Below, piece after piece: positions 13,980-23,926 of a stretch of 27,087 nt of DNA. How positions within the stretch are numbered: position 1 is the first letter of the stretch; the number at the start of each line of letters is the position of its first letter. Below the pieces are notes generated by a model. The model did not search any database and was not told the origin of the DNA. It was given only the letters and a program-made list of their open reading frames with translations. Both the position numbers and the translations under genes were made by a program. The DNA is from a virus (Duplodnaviria > Caudoviricetes), in the IMG/VR virus record IMGVR_UViG_3300009184_000167, positions 1-27,087 of that record; one strand, 5' to 3'.

Positions 13980-15492
13980 AGTAATCGTTTTGGGCGGCAA
14001 TAGGTCCGGAAAATCCCTGTCCACCTTTATGGAGGACGCCAGAGCCGTCACCGGTCAGGATCCTCACAACAAGTACCCACTCAAGGACGGGAACCTTGTG
14101 ATCGTGGGCCGCGACTGGAAGCACATCGGCATGGTGGTGTACCCCATGCTGTTTCGTGCCGGCGCATTCAAGATCATCAAGGACAAAACCACAGGACAGT
14201 GGCGCGCCTACAACCCTGCGCTGTTGGGAGACGTGGAGCGGTCGGCGCAAGCCAAGCCAGCCCCCCCGATGATCCCGCCCCGCATGATCAAGAAGATCTC
14301 TTGGCTTCTTAAAAGCGCCAGGTACATCCAGTCCTGCGAGCTGACCAACGGCTGGACGATCTACTTCTTCAGCTCAGAAGGCGAGCCTCCGCAGGGTTTC
14401 CAGGCCGACAGGGTGCACATCGACGAAGACTTGTCCTCTGAGGCGTGGCTCCCGGAAATGCAGGCGAGACTTGCCGACCGTAAGGGCTGCCTGTGCTGGT
14501 CGGCCATGCCGCACTCTAAGAACGACTCTTTGGCCGGATTGTCCGAGCGTGCCGACAACGAGATGCTGGCCGGCAAGGAAAAGCCAGACATCGTCAAGTT
14601 TGTCCTGCGGTTCCTGGACAACCCGCACATCGACCCGGACGAGAAACGCAAGAACCTCGAGCGCTGGGCGGCGCTCGGCGAGGACGTTCTCAGGATGCGC
14701 AGCGAGGGCGAGTTCGTTACAGACTCGATCCTGTGCTACCCCAGCTTCACGATGACTGTGCACGGATACGACAGGTCCGATCTGCCAAAGAACGTAGTTC
14801 CGGATGACTGGACAAGATACGCAGTCATTGACCCTGGACATGCAGTCACGTCCGTGCTGTTTGCGGCAGTACCTCCAGACGACTCCATGCTCCTGGTGTA
14901 CGACCAGCTGTACATCCGCCAGTGCAACGCCGTCATTTTCGGGGAAAAGTTCGCAGAGAAGGTGAAGGCGCAGTCGTTTCACGCATTCATCATCGACATG
15001 CACGGCGGCCGGCTCAGGGACATCGGCTCTGGTCGGCTTCCTGTGGAGCAGTACACCGAGCAGCTGCGAAATCGGTCCATTACCAGCGAGGTGACCGGGT
15101 CAAGTTTTCTTGCTGGCTGTGATGACATTCCGGCCCGCATGTCGGCGACCCAGACCTACATGCACATCCGCCCGTGCGGCACCCCAACCCTGCGGCTACT
15201 CAGGGGCGCGGTCCCTGACCTGGAGCGCGAACTCAAGCGCTACAAGAAGAAGGTCAATTACATGGCTGGTGCCTACATTGTGACCGACGTGCCCAACACG
15301 CGCGGCGAAGTCCATGCCTGCCAGTGCCTGGAGTATTTGTGCGCGTACAGGCCGAAGTACCACAAACCTAAGGTCGTGATTAGGGATGAGCCTTGGTACG
15401 TTGAGTGGGTCAAACGCCGAAAAAAGCGGGCCGGCGGCGACGGATTCATCTATCTGGGCCCGCGCACAGGAGACTCCGATGGCAACCGATAG
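13795..15492 (+). CDS. terL: terminase large subunit
   Basis: Walker A LGGNRSGKS, Walker B VHIDE, nuclease motif YAVIDPG; ATG at 13795 with SD GGGAGG. Confidence 0.92.
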   Translation: MGRSRKKPQAPPPLPSVSRMSGFQADQLKEIQAELADRRIEALKLYSPTPQQAEMHKCKASEVIVLGGNRSGKSLSTFMEDARAVTGQDPHNKYPLKDGNLVIVGRDWKHIGMVVYPMLFRAGAFKIIKDKTTGQWRAYNPALLGDVERSAQAKPAPPMIPPRMIKKISWLLKSARYIQSCELTNGWTIYFFSSEGEPPQGFQADRVHIDEDLSSEAWLPEMQARLADRKGCLCWSAMPHSKNDSLAGLSERADNEMLAGKEKPDIVKFVLRFLDNPHIDPDEKRKNLERWAALGEDVLRMRSEGEFVTDSILCYPSFTMTVHGYDRSDLPKNVVPDDWTRYAVIDPGHAVTSVLFAAVPPDDSMLLVYDQLYIRQCNAVIFGEKFAEKVKAQSFHAFIIDMHGGRLRDIGSGRLPVEQYTEQLRNRSITSEVTGSSFLAGCDDIPARMSATQTYMHIRPCGTPTLRLLRGAVPDLERELKRYKKKVNYMAGAYIVTDVPNTRGEVHACQCLEYLCAYRPKYHKPKVVIRDEPWYVEWVKRRKKRAGGDGFIYLGPRTGDSDGNR

Positions 15493-15811
15493 CAAGCAGC
15501 ACGGCGCCCGTCTTGGCGACCAGGTTTACTGGTACGCCGACACCGTCACCCAGACCAGTCCGCTGGTCGGCTGGATCAGCCGTACACCAGGCGAATACAC
15601 CGTAAACATCCTGGTTTTTGCGCCAGACGTTGGGTTCATGGAGAAGGCCAGCGTCCGCCACAAGGACGATCCTGGCCTGCTTGAGAACCCCGCCTGGAGA
15701 TCTTGGGGCTGCTGGGACTTCAGTCCGGCCCATAAAGACATGCAGAGGGCTGTGTCTGCGGCTTCGACGGTCGCCATCGCCCACGAGCGGAGCAAGGTAA
15801 ACAAGGGGTAG
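15479..15811 (+). CDS. hypothetical protein, 110 aa (MATDSKQHGARLGDQVYWY...)
   Basis: ORF track trimmed to the ATG at 15479 with SD AGGAG. Confidence 0.75.
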   Translation: MATDSKQHGARLGDQVYWYADTVTQTSPLVGWISRTPGEYTVNILVFAPDVGFMEKASVRHKDDPGLLENPAWRSWGCWDFSPAHKDMQRAVSAASTVAIAHERSKVNKG

Positions 15812-15814
15812 TAG

Positions 15815-17869
15815 ATGGCCGAGAACGACACTGGAGAAGACGTCCTCAAGTCGATCTCAGGGAGCTGGCTCCGGAAGATCGAGCTCGGCCTGAAGCACAA
15901 GCGTCCGTTCACTGACGACGCTCGTGAGGCAATGGACTTCTTTGACGGGCCGCATAACTGGTTCTGGAAGGACGAGTACTCCAGGAACGAGTACGGCTAC
16001 AACCGCTCGATCTCGCCGCCGGGATTCCGGATGCAGATCAATCGTGTGTTCGAGGCCGTCAAGCTGTTTGCCAGCGTCATTTATCACCGCAACCCAGTTC
16101 GGGAGGTGACGCCAAAGAAGTTCCCGTCCATCCCGCCGGAGGCTCTCGGCGTGGACGTGAACGACCCCGCAATGGCGCAGCAGTACGACCAGATCATGAT
16201 GGAGGCCGGGCTCAGGGACAGCATTCGGGGAGTGGTCTCCAAGCTGATGGCTGCGTACCTCAACTACACGCCCAACGAGCTGAACCTCAAGACGCACAGC
16301 CGTCGCGTCGTGGACGAGGCGATCATCAAAGGCGCCGGCATCTGGTGGACAGAGCTTGTGCAGGATCCGGGCTCCGGGATGCGGGCTGTAGGAAGCTTTG
16401 CCGACAGCGTAGACAACCTGGTGCTGGACCCGGACGCCACCGAGATTGAGGACATCATGTGGTGCGCCAGGCGCTGCGTGCACCCGATCGACGTGGTCGC
16501 CAAGCAGTACGGCATCGACGCAGAAGAGCTTCGCAAGAACCTTGAAGGCAAGGAGTCGATGCGTGCCGACGACGCCAACTTGGGAGCCAGGTATGCCGAC
16601 GAAGGCAATCGCGGAATTCGTCAGGTCGGACGTACCAACGACCTGATCACGTACTGGAAGATCTGGTCCAAGACCGGATTCGGCGATCGGCTTAAGGGGT
16701 CGCCTAAGGATCAGCGAGGATCCTTTGATGCCATCGGCGACAACGCCTACATCGTCGTGGCGGACGGGGTGCCGTACCCGCTGAACGCTCCTCCGGCGAT
16801 CCTCGAAGAGCAAGTGGACGAGCAGACCGGCTTGCCGCAGTCTCTGTTCCGCGCCGTGCAGTGGCCGATCCCGTTCTGGGCCGAGTCGGCTGGCTGGCCG
16901 TTCGAGATGCTGTCGTTCCACCGCAAGCCGAACTACGTGTGGCCGATCTCGCACATCAAGCCCGGCATCCCTGAATTGCGGTTCCTGTGCTGGGCGTTTT
17001 CGTTCCTGGCGCAGCGTGTGGCCGTCAGCTGCGAGACGATTATCGGCGTGAGTAAGGCCGCCGACCAGGACATTAAAGATCAGATCCTGTCCCAGTCGCA
17101 GGGCGGGTTCAAGATCGTGGAGCTGAGCGAGATTCTGGGGCGCAGCGTCAGCGACGTCATCTCCGTGTTCCAGCTGCCCAACGCAACAAACGAAATCTGG
17201 CAGGTCATCGACGCCGTCACGACCATGCTCGAGAAGCGTCTCGGCCTGACCGAGCTCGTGTACGGCATGACCAATACACAGATCAGGTCGGCAACAGAGG
17301 CCAGCGTCCGCAGTGAGCAGATCAGCATCCGTCCTGATGACATGGCGGAGTGCGTCGAGAACAGCATGTCGAACATCGCACGCAAGGAGGCGATGGCCGC
17401 CAGGTGGCTGCTAACGGCTGAGGACGTGGCCCCGATCGTCGGGCCGCTCGGAGCTATGGCCTGGCAGGCGCACGTCATGCCGCAGGAGCCCATCCAGATT
17501 GCCCGTGAGTACGACTACCGAATTGAGTCCGGAAGCGCCAGAAAACCCAACAAGGCCACAAGAGCCGAGCAGATGTCGGCGGCCCTGCAGAATCTTGGGC
17601 CAGTGCTTAGCGGCTTGATCGGCTCCGGGATCGTTGACCCGTTTAACGCCCTGATCACCGACTGGGCCGACTCGCTGGACCTAGACGCTTCGCCGTACCT
17701 GGTTCCGCCTCCACCGCCGCCGCCACCAATGGCCCCTCCAGGAATGCCGCCAGGAGACCCTAGCGCGCCGCCTGAGGCTATGCCGCCTGACGTGCCTCCT
17801 CCTGCCGCAGAGCAGATGCCGCCCGCTCAGGGCCCGCAGATCCCCGTAGAGATGATGCCGCAAGCATGA
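15815..17869 (+). CDS. portal protein (probable)
   Basis: 684 aa after TerL; podovirus-portal-like features (QIRSATEASVR, YDYRIESGS, Pro-rich tail). Confidence 0.75.
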   Translation: MAENDTGEDVLKSISGSWLRKIELGLKHKRPFTDDAREAMDFFDGPHNWFWKDEYSRNEYGYNRSISPPGFRMQINRVFEAVKLFASVIYHRNPVREVTPKKFPSIPPEALGVDVNDPAMAQQYDQIMMEAGLRDSIRGVVSKLMAAYLNYTPNELNLKTHSRRVVDEAIIKGAGIWWTELVQDPGSGMRAVGSFADSVDNLVLDPDATEIEDIMWCARRCVHPIDVVAKQYGIDAEELRKNLEGKESMRADDANLGARYADEGNRGIRQVGRTNDLITYWKIWSKTGFGDRLKGSPKDQRGSFDAIGDNAYIVVADGVPYPLNAPPAILEEQVDEQTGLPQSLFRAVQWPIPFWAESAGWPFEMLSFHRKPNYVWPISHIKPGIPELRFLCWAFSFLAQRVAVSCETIIGVSKAADQDIKDQILSQSQGGFKIVELSEILGRSVSDVISVFQLPNATNEIWQVIDAVTTMLEKRLGLTELVYGMTNTQIRSATEASVRSEQISIRPDDMAECVENSMSNIARKEAMAARWLLTAEDVAPIVGPLGAMAWQAHVMPQEPIQIAREYDYRIESGSARKPNKATRAEQMSAALQNLGPVLSGLIGSGIVDPFNALITDWADSLDLDASPYLVPPPPPPPPMAPPGMPPGDPSAPPEAMPPDVPPPAAEQMPPAQGPQIPVEMMPQA

Positions 17870-18408
17870 ACGAACTACCTTTTGACCTGCAGTCAGCCAG
17901 CAAAGACGCTCAAGACCACTACCGCAAGATGGTGGCGGATGGGCAGAATCCGCGCTTTGCCGAGATGTGCGCCCTCCAAGCCCCGCCTGGAACTCGAGGC
18001 ACCGACCGCTCCTTCATGGAAGGGCGCCTAAACAGCCAGTTTTTCGACAGCATGCCGGTCCCACTAGCCAGGCGGATGATTCGAGAGGCAAAGGCCGCCG
18101 GGATCAATGTAGCCGGAAAATTCTACATGGGCGGGCTGGCTGACAAGCGAGCGCACCGCGACCCGGCCGCGTGGATCGACAGCGTGGCAGACATAAAGAG
18201 GGTAGCGCAGCAGCGCGACCTCCACGTCACCGGGATCGTGGAGCACACGCCTCCGGAGAAGCCGCCACGCAAGAGCGTCGACATCGCGCCAGACATCCTT
18301 CGGGAGAACGTCCGGAAGGAAATGCTGGCCAATCCGACCCTTAAGAAGGGCGACGCCATCGAGCGAGTCAAGGACCGGATCGTACCCCGCTGGAAAAGGA
18401 AGAAATAA
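17866..18408 (+). CDS. hypothetical protein, 180 aa
   Basis: ORF track; ATGA overlap. Confidence 0.8.
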   Translation: MNELPFDLQSASKDAQDHYRKMVADGQNPRFAEMCALQAPPGTRGTDRSFMEGRLNSQFFDSMPVPLARRMIREAKAAGINVAGKFYMGGLADKRAHRDPAAWIDSVADIKRVAQQRDLHVTGIVEHTPPEKPPRKSVDIAPDILRENVRKEMLANPTLKKGDAIERVKDRIVPRWKRKK

Positions 18409-18740
18409 TGGGCAGGCAAATAGAGCGAGTCTCGGCAGTCACCAACACCTACACGCTGACTGCGTCGGCCAGCACCAGCCCAAAGATCCCGTTTGGCGGC
18501 GCCGCTGGCGGCGTGTTTGTGGTAGACGCCGTCACCGGATCGCCGACGTCCGTCAGCTGGTACGCGGCGTTTGGGCCGGAAGGCACCCCAGCGCAGCTCA
18601 ACGATGGGTCTGCTGACGTCTCCAGCACGATCACGACCGGCAAGGCGTACCCGCTCCCGGATGCGCTGTACGGCTGTCAGTTCATCGTAGGCGTCGCCAA
18701 CTCGGGCACCGCCACCATCCGCCTCTGCGTAAAGAGCTAG
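18408..18740 (+). CDS. small beta-rich putative virion protein
   Basis: ORF track; TAATG overlap; G/S/T/A-rich. Confidence 0.75.
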   Translation: MGRQIERVSAVTNTYTLTASASTSPKIPFGGAAGGVFVVDAVTGSPTSVSWYAAFGPEGTPAQLNDGSADVSSTITTGKAYPLPDALYGCQFIVGVANSGTATIRLCVKS

Positions 18741-18743
18741 CGA

Positions 18744-21700
18744 ATGCCAACTCAGGCGTTAGTGCGATTTCGTGTCCGGCAGGATTCGGCGGTCAACTGG
18801 TCGGCGTCTAATCCCGTACTGGCTGCTGGAGAGCCGGGCCTCGAGCTCGACACCGGCAAGATCAAGTACGGCGACGGCGTCCGCAACTGGGCGACCCTTC
18901 CGTACTCGTCAGGTGTTGCATTAGGCACAACAACTCCGCCTGCTGCTGGGACTGGGGCTGTCGGAATTAGCACGCTGGCTGCACGGGCAGACCACACGCA
19001 CTCACTGCCGACCGCACCAGCCTTTGAGTCCATCTCTACTACTGGCAACGCAACCGTAGGCGGGTCGCTTACCGTGACCGGCGCGTTGGTGGGCGGCTCG
19101 CACCGGCACACCACTGCCGAGATCAATGACTTCTCGGCGGCGGTGTTTGCGCAGATCAGTGCTTCCATCAAGGCTGGCTCTAACGTCACGGCGGCGATTG
19201 ATCCCGTCGCCAAAACCATCACGATCAGTAGCACGACCGCCGGAACGACGCCGCTCACGATCTCGTTTGATCCGGGAGACGCCACGTCCACTGATGGCTC
19301 GGCACTGTTCGTGTCAAAGGCTATCGGCGGATCTGGTGCCATCTCGTATCAGTGGCAGTCGTCGTCCGATAGCGGCACAACGTGGAGCGACGTGAGCGGC
19401 TCTACTGGCACGTCTCTCGCTCTCTCTGGACTGTCGGGTGCGGATGACGGTCGGAAGTACCGGCTCAAGGCTATGTCTGGCACTGAGACGGTGTACTCGC
19501 TCCCGGCCACTCTTCGCCTCCCCGCCATCGTGATTACCGCCCAGCCGCCTGACATCTCTGTTACGGTCGGTCAGTTGGTGACACTCGCCGTGTCGGCCAC
19601 CGCAGGGTCGTCCGCTATTTCGTACCAGTGGCAATCGCGACCTGACTCCACTGTGGATTGGTCGTCTATCAGCAATGCCACGCAGGCCACGTATTCCTTT
19701 GTGCCCTCATCGGCCTCGACTGGCACGCAATATCGCGCCGCCGTTTCCGCACTTGGTCTGGTTCAGTATTCACGAACAGCGACCGTCTCGGCGCGGCCGC
19801 CGTCGATTGCGTTCACGTCGCAGCCAGAAGACGCTACCAGTTCTGGTGGCGCCGCCGACTTCAGTGCGTCTGCATCCGGAGGCACAGGGGCGATTGCCTA
19901 CCGCTGGCAGAAGGCCAACGCCACAGGTGACTTCGCGGACATTGCTGACGGCACCTCTGGGGCGTCTGGGCAGGCAACGATCCTGCTATCGCTTACTGGG
20001 CTGGGGTCTTCTAATCACCTGTCCCGATACCGACTCAAGGCCACTGACTCCACCGGATTCGTCGCGTACAGTGCATTCGCAACTCTCCAGACGCTTACCC
20101 TAGTCATCACGACACAGCCAATCGACGTGTCGGCTGCGAACGGCGCCACGCTTGCAAGCTCCGCGTTCTCGGTAGCAGGAACCGCAGGCGGAACCATAAC
20201 GTATCAGTGGCAGAAGTCTACTGACGCAGGCGCAACGTGGACAAACATTTCTGGCGCCACGTCCGCGACCTACGGCTCGATCACGGTCAATTATAGTGGT
20301 GGCACCCACAACGACGGCAACCTGTTTAGGTGTGGCCTTTCGTACAGCGGCCAGACCCTCTACAGCAACGCCGCCGCTTTGTCAGTTGCCCCTGCTGCAC
20401 TCACGATCTCTGCACACCCGTCCGACGCCACTTCCAATAACGGCAGTGCGGCATTCTCGCTGACCTACAGCGGTGGACCTTCCGGCGCCGCGACGGTTTA
20501 CTGGCAGTGGCGCCCGGCGGGTTCTGGGGCCGACGGATGGCTGACTATCGCGGGCTCGACCACCACAAGCAGCACTACCACTAGGTCTTATTCGTTTTCT
20601 GGACTCCAGGCGTTCTTGGGCCTGTCGGCAACTGGATACGATGGCGCGCGAGTGAGGGGCGTCGTGACAAAGGGCGCCGCTTCGGTATTCACAAACGCCG
20701 CCACGCTCACGGTTCCGGGAGTCGGACTAAGCGGCTCGCTTCCTGCGGACGCTACTGCAACGACGGGATCTGCCTCCTTCACAACTGTGTACTCGTTGAC
20801 GTCCTGCTCGTCTTCGGCTTCCATCCAGTGGCAATATAAGGCACCAGCGGACTCTTCGTGGACGAACATTTCCGGTGCCACGAGCGCCACCTACAGCATC
20901 GCATCTGGGCTTACATCGGCCTACAACAACTACAAGTATCGCGCTGTTGTGTCGGCGTGCAACGTCACGGCGTACACGCGAGAGGCCACGCTGACGGTCG
21001 TGCCGCCGCCTCTCGTCATCACAACCCAGCCGCTCGACGTTTCCACCTCCACGACAACCGCGACGCTTACGTTTGCGTACAGTGGCGGCGACGGCAGCAC
21101 CGCCTCCATCACGTGGGAAAGGCAGGTTGCTGGACTTTCTGGATCCACGTGGACAACGGTGAGCGGCGCCACGCAGACGTCTCTGGTAATCTCCAGCCTG
21201 ACATCGCAACTCAGCGGTTCACAATATCGCGCCACCGTCACGGTTGGCACGCAAACAGTGACCACGCGATCCGCAGTGCTTACGGTTGGCGGTGCGACCA
21301 TCACGCTCAACCCATCCGATGCACGGGCCGTGAATGGTTCGGCGTCCTTCTCGTTTGACTTCTCCAGCACGGGGTGCTCTAGCCCGTCCATTTCATGGGA
21401 GAGGCGGCCACCGTCAAATACTGCTTGGGGGCCAGTAGCGGGAGCGACCGGCAAACTTCTATCTCTCGTGGGGCTGACCTCTGCAAGCAGCGGGTGGCTG
21501 TATCGGGCATCCGTCACGTGCAGTGACGTAACGCTGTATACGAGCGAGGCCACGCTCACCGTGCCGTCGTATGACTTCTTCACTTCTCAGCCCGCAAGCC
21601 AGAGCGTGCAGGCCGATGCCACCGTGACGCTTTCATATCAGGGGGTGTTTTCCGCGTCAGCGTATCCCGCCCGATGGCAGATGCGACGAGTCGGCAGTAC

Positions 21701-22784
21701 GAACTGGTCGTACTACACGGAGGCCGGAAAATCCCAGCAGTCCATTTCCTTTACAGCCGTCGCCGCACAGCACCACAACACAGAGTGGCGAGTCGAAGTC
21801 TCGTTTCCCAACGACACGCTGTACAGCAACATTGCTTTGCTGACCGTGAACAAGGCAACCTCGATCAAGGTGGTCAACTCTCTGTCCGGTACCGCTGACC
21901 TTATTGGCGTTGCCTACGCACGAGGCGCATACATCGCGCTCCCGTCAGACCAAACGAACGTGGCTCGACGGTCTACGGATGGCGGCAACACTTGGTCGAT
22001 CAGTTGGCTTCCGGCTGCTAGGTACTGGGACGGGATCGTCGCAACCTCACAGGGAGTGCTGATTGCCTACAGCAGCGGCGACAGCGGAACGTACTGGCCC
22101 ACCATCACATACAAAAACTCGACAGCAACCTACTCGTGGCGTGTAGATCAACCAGAGTCGCCTGCGCTCGTGGCTCGCAGTTTTGACGGTGGCTTGACGT
22201 GGGACACCGCCGTGCCGCCCTTTTTCATGGGGTCGATGGTTCGCATGTGGTCGTTCCCATGGAACAACGTGCTTATTGCCACGTACCGAGACATTTCCTC
22301 CACCTCCATCCCCGCCGCAACTCAGGGGACGGTGCAAAGTGCGCAGTACGGTGAGTTTGTGGGCAAAAGATTTGGCCGACACTACATCGCGTACAACTAC
22401 AACAATGGCTCTGGCGACTCGTGGGCGCGGTACGAACTGCCTGCATCTGCACGGCAAACGCTTGTTTCTGTAGAAGATACAGCTTGCCCAGCCATCACCA
22501 GCATGGCTATGAGTCCTTCCGGGCTGCTAGTCTGCACGTCCCGCTATCAAGGCTTCACGTACAAGGCTGCGCAAGACGGTAGCGGTCTTGGATCTCCTGG
22601 CAGCGTCACTGGCGTATATGACCGCAAGGGGTATCTGCTTTATCGCGACCTGTCCGCAGGTCTTGGTGCGCTTCAAATAGCAGACACGACCGCAACTGGC
22701 GTTTCGAGCGGCGCATCGCTCCGCACTGTTACGCGGAGCACCGGAGGCGGCATCGTCCCATACCCATGGCGTCCAAGAGTTTAA
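18744..22784 (+). CDS. fibre/adhesin: Mtd-N/hyaluronidase-N-like anchor, nine Ig-like repeats, Asp-box (BNR) region
   Basis: N-terminal NW..SNPVLAAGEPGLELDTGKIKYGDG..W..LPY; repeats xITxQPxD..YQWQ..W..ISGAT..YR; STDGGNTW and SFDGGLTW. Confidence 0.85.
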   Translation: MPTQALVRFRVRQDSAVNWSASNPVLAAGEPGLELDTGKIKYGDGVRNWATLPYSSGVALGTTTPPAAGTGAVGISTLAARADHTHSLPTAPAFESISTTGNATVGGSLTVTGALVGGSHRHTTAEINDFSAAVFAQISASIKAGSNVTAAIDPVAKTITISSTTAGTTPLTISFDPGDATSTDGSALFVSKAIGGSGAISYQWQSSSDSGTTWSDVSGSTGTSLALSGLSGADDGRKYRLKAMSGTETVYSLPATLRLPAIVITAQPPDISVTVGQLVTLAVSATAGSSAISYQWQSRPDSTVDWSSISNATQATYSFVPSSASTGTQYRAAVSALGLVQYSRTATVSARPPSIAFTSQPEDATSSGGAADFSASASGGTGAIAYRWQKANATGDFADIADGTSGASGQATILLSLTGLGSSNHLSRYRLKATDSTGFVAYSAFATLQTLTLVITTQPIDVSAANGATLASSAFSVAGTAGGTITYQWQKSTDAGATWTNISGATSATYGSITVNYSGGTHNDGNLFRCGLSYSGQTLYSNAAALSVAPAALTISAHPSDATSNNGSAAFSLTYSGGPSGAATVYWQWRPAGSGADGWLTIAGSTTTSSTTTRSYSFSGLQAFLGLSATGYDGARVRGVVTKGAASVFTNAATLTVPGVGLSGSLPADATATTGSASFTTVYSLTSCSSSASIQWQYKAPADSSWTNISGATSATYSIASGLTSAYNNYKYRAVVSACNVTAYTREATLTVVPPPLVITTQPLDVSTSTTTATLTFAYSGGDGSTASITWERQVAGLSGSTWTTVSGATQTSLVISSLTSQLSGSQYRATVTVGTQTVTTRSAVLTVGGATITLNPSDARAVNGSASFSFDFSSTGCSSPSISWERRPPSNTAWGPVAGATGKLLSLVGLTSASSGWLYRASVTCSDVTLYTSEATLTVPSYDFFTSQPASQSVQADATVTLSYQGVFSASAYPARWQMRRVGSTNWSYYTEAGKSQQSISFTAVAAQHHNTEWRVEVSFPNDTLYSNIALLTVNKATSIKVVNSLSGTADLIGVAYARGAYIALPSDQTNVARRSTDGGNTWSISWLPAARYWDGIVATSQGVLIAYSSGDSGTYWPTITYKNSTATYSWRVDQPESPALVARSFDGGLTWDTAVPPFFMGSMVRMWSFPWNNVLIATYRDISSTSIPAATQGTVQSAQYGEFVGKRFGRHYIAYNYNNGSGDSWARYELPASARQTLVSVEDTACPAITSMAMSPSGLLVCTSRYQGFTYKAAQDGSGLGSPGSVTGVYDRKGYLLYRDLSAGLGALQIADTTATGVSSGASLRTVTRSTGGGIVPYPWRPRV

Positions 22785-22800
22785 TACACGAGGGCAAGAG

Positions 22801-23919
22801 ATGGCACTAGCAGGCGACGATTATCGCTCGGGATTCCGAAGCTCCGGTGGATTTTCGGTGGGTGGCGGCGGCTCTGCTGTTACAAATCATGAAATGAACT
22901 CAGTGGCCTACGTGCCAAACGTGGGCTTTGTGGCCTTTCACGACAGCCAGGCAGTCGCGTGCATTTCGCAAAACGGGAAGACGTGGGGTGGTTACGGCAC
23001 GCAGCGTGTGCTGGGCGAAATCCCGCTGTTCGTGAACGGCGGCACAGTATGGGGAGTAGACACTCAGATCACGACCTACGAGAAGATCGTGGCCGGTGAT
23101 GTTGGCACGTATCCGGAGTTCGTGAATCAAAAGCTGGGCGTGACCCGACTGACGGACGCTGTCAATCCATGGGCGTCGAGCGGTACGGAAATCCTGCTAC
23201 TTGAGCAGGGCGGCCAGGTGACGTGCATACCGATTGACGTCGCGTCGGATGCCGCGCCATCAGGCTCTCCGTCGGCTCCTCAAAACGTCGGCGCTTTGGC
23301 GCTAAATGCGCGTGTTCGCGTTTGGTGGACTCCCCCAGCGTCTTCTGGCACATCGCCTATCTCGGATTATGTGATTCAGTATAGCCCTAACAATGGCTCC
23401 ACGTGGACACAGGCGACGTCGTTTGGGGTAGGAACTGGCGATCCGTACTCCAAAACGGTAACTGGCCTCGCCAACGGAGCCACGTATGTCTTTCGCGTAG
23501 CCGCAGTCAACGCCAGCGGCACCGGCTCTTGGTCGCAAGTGACCATCCCGGTAACCCCCGCCATTCAGCCAGCGTCCGCCCCCTACAACCTGACTGTGAC
23601 TCCGACCAACTACATCGTCAGCAGCGGGTCGTCTGGCGGTGGCTACAACACGGCATACGCCCTGTCTTGGTCTGCGCCGACCGGCAACGGTGGCGGGTCC
23701 ATCACGGGGTACAGGATCGAGAGCATGGTGGGGTCTACCGCATATCTCGTTGGCACAACGACCACACCCTCCACCAGCGCGGTCGTTGGCATCGGACAGC
23801 CGTCCACGTTCACGTTTGCCATGCGAGTTGGGTTTGTCTACGCCTTCCGCGTGTCTGCCGTGAACTCCGCTGGCGTGGGCGATCCAAGTGCTACGTCCGC
23901 TGGCGTCCAACTGAAGTAG
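22801..23919 (+). CDS. virion protein with two fibronectin type III domains
   Basis: PSAPQNV..VWWTPP..YVIQYS..GLANGATYVFRVAAVN and PASAPYNL..LSWSAP..YAFRVSAVNSAGVG. Confidence 0.85.
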   Translation: MALAGDDYRSGFRSSGGFSVGGGGSAVTNHEMNSVAYVPNVGFVAFHDSQAVACISQNGKTWGGYGTQRVLGEIPLFVNGGTVWGVDTQITTYEKIVAGDVGTYPEFVNQKLGVTRLTDAVNPWASSGTEILLLEQGGQVTCIPIDVASDAAPSGSPSAPQNVGALALNARVRVWWTPPASSGTSPISDYVIQYSPNNGSTWTQATSFGVGTGDPYSKTVTGLANGATYVFRVAAVNASGTGSWSQVTIPVTPAIQPASAPYNLTVTPTNYIVSSGSSGGGYNTAYALSWSAPTGNGGGSITGYRIESMVGSTAYLVGTTTTPSTSAVVGIGQPSTFTFAMRVGFVYAFRVSAVNSAGVGDPSATSAGVQLK

Positions 23920-23926
23920 GGACACC

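Noticed and set aside
10382-16954. Long - strand ORFs opposite the head and portal genes
   Set aside because: Antisense shadows expected from GC-rich codon usage.
17334-17340. Second CTGATGA hammerhead core
   Set aside because: Inside the portal CDS, with no flanking stems or suitably placed GAAA.
17700-17860. Poly-proline repeat at the portal C-terminus
   Set aside because: Ordinary low-complexity coding tail, not a DNA repeat element.
18744-18910. Diversity-generating retroelement suggested by the Mtd-N-like domain
   Set aside because: No reverse transcriptase and no TR/VR pair seen in the window; the domain is a generic anchor.
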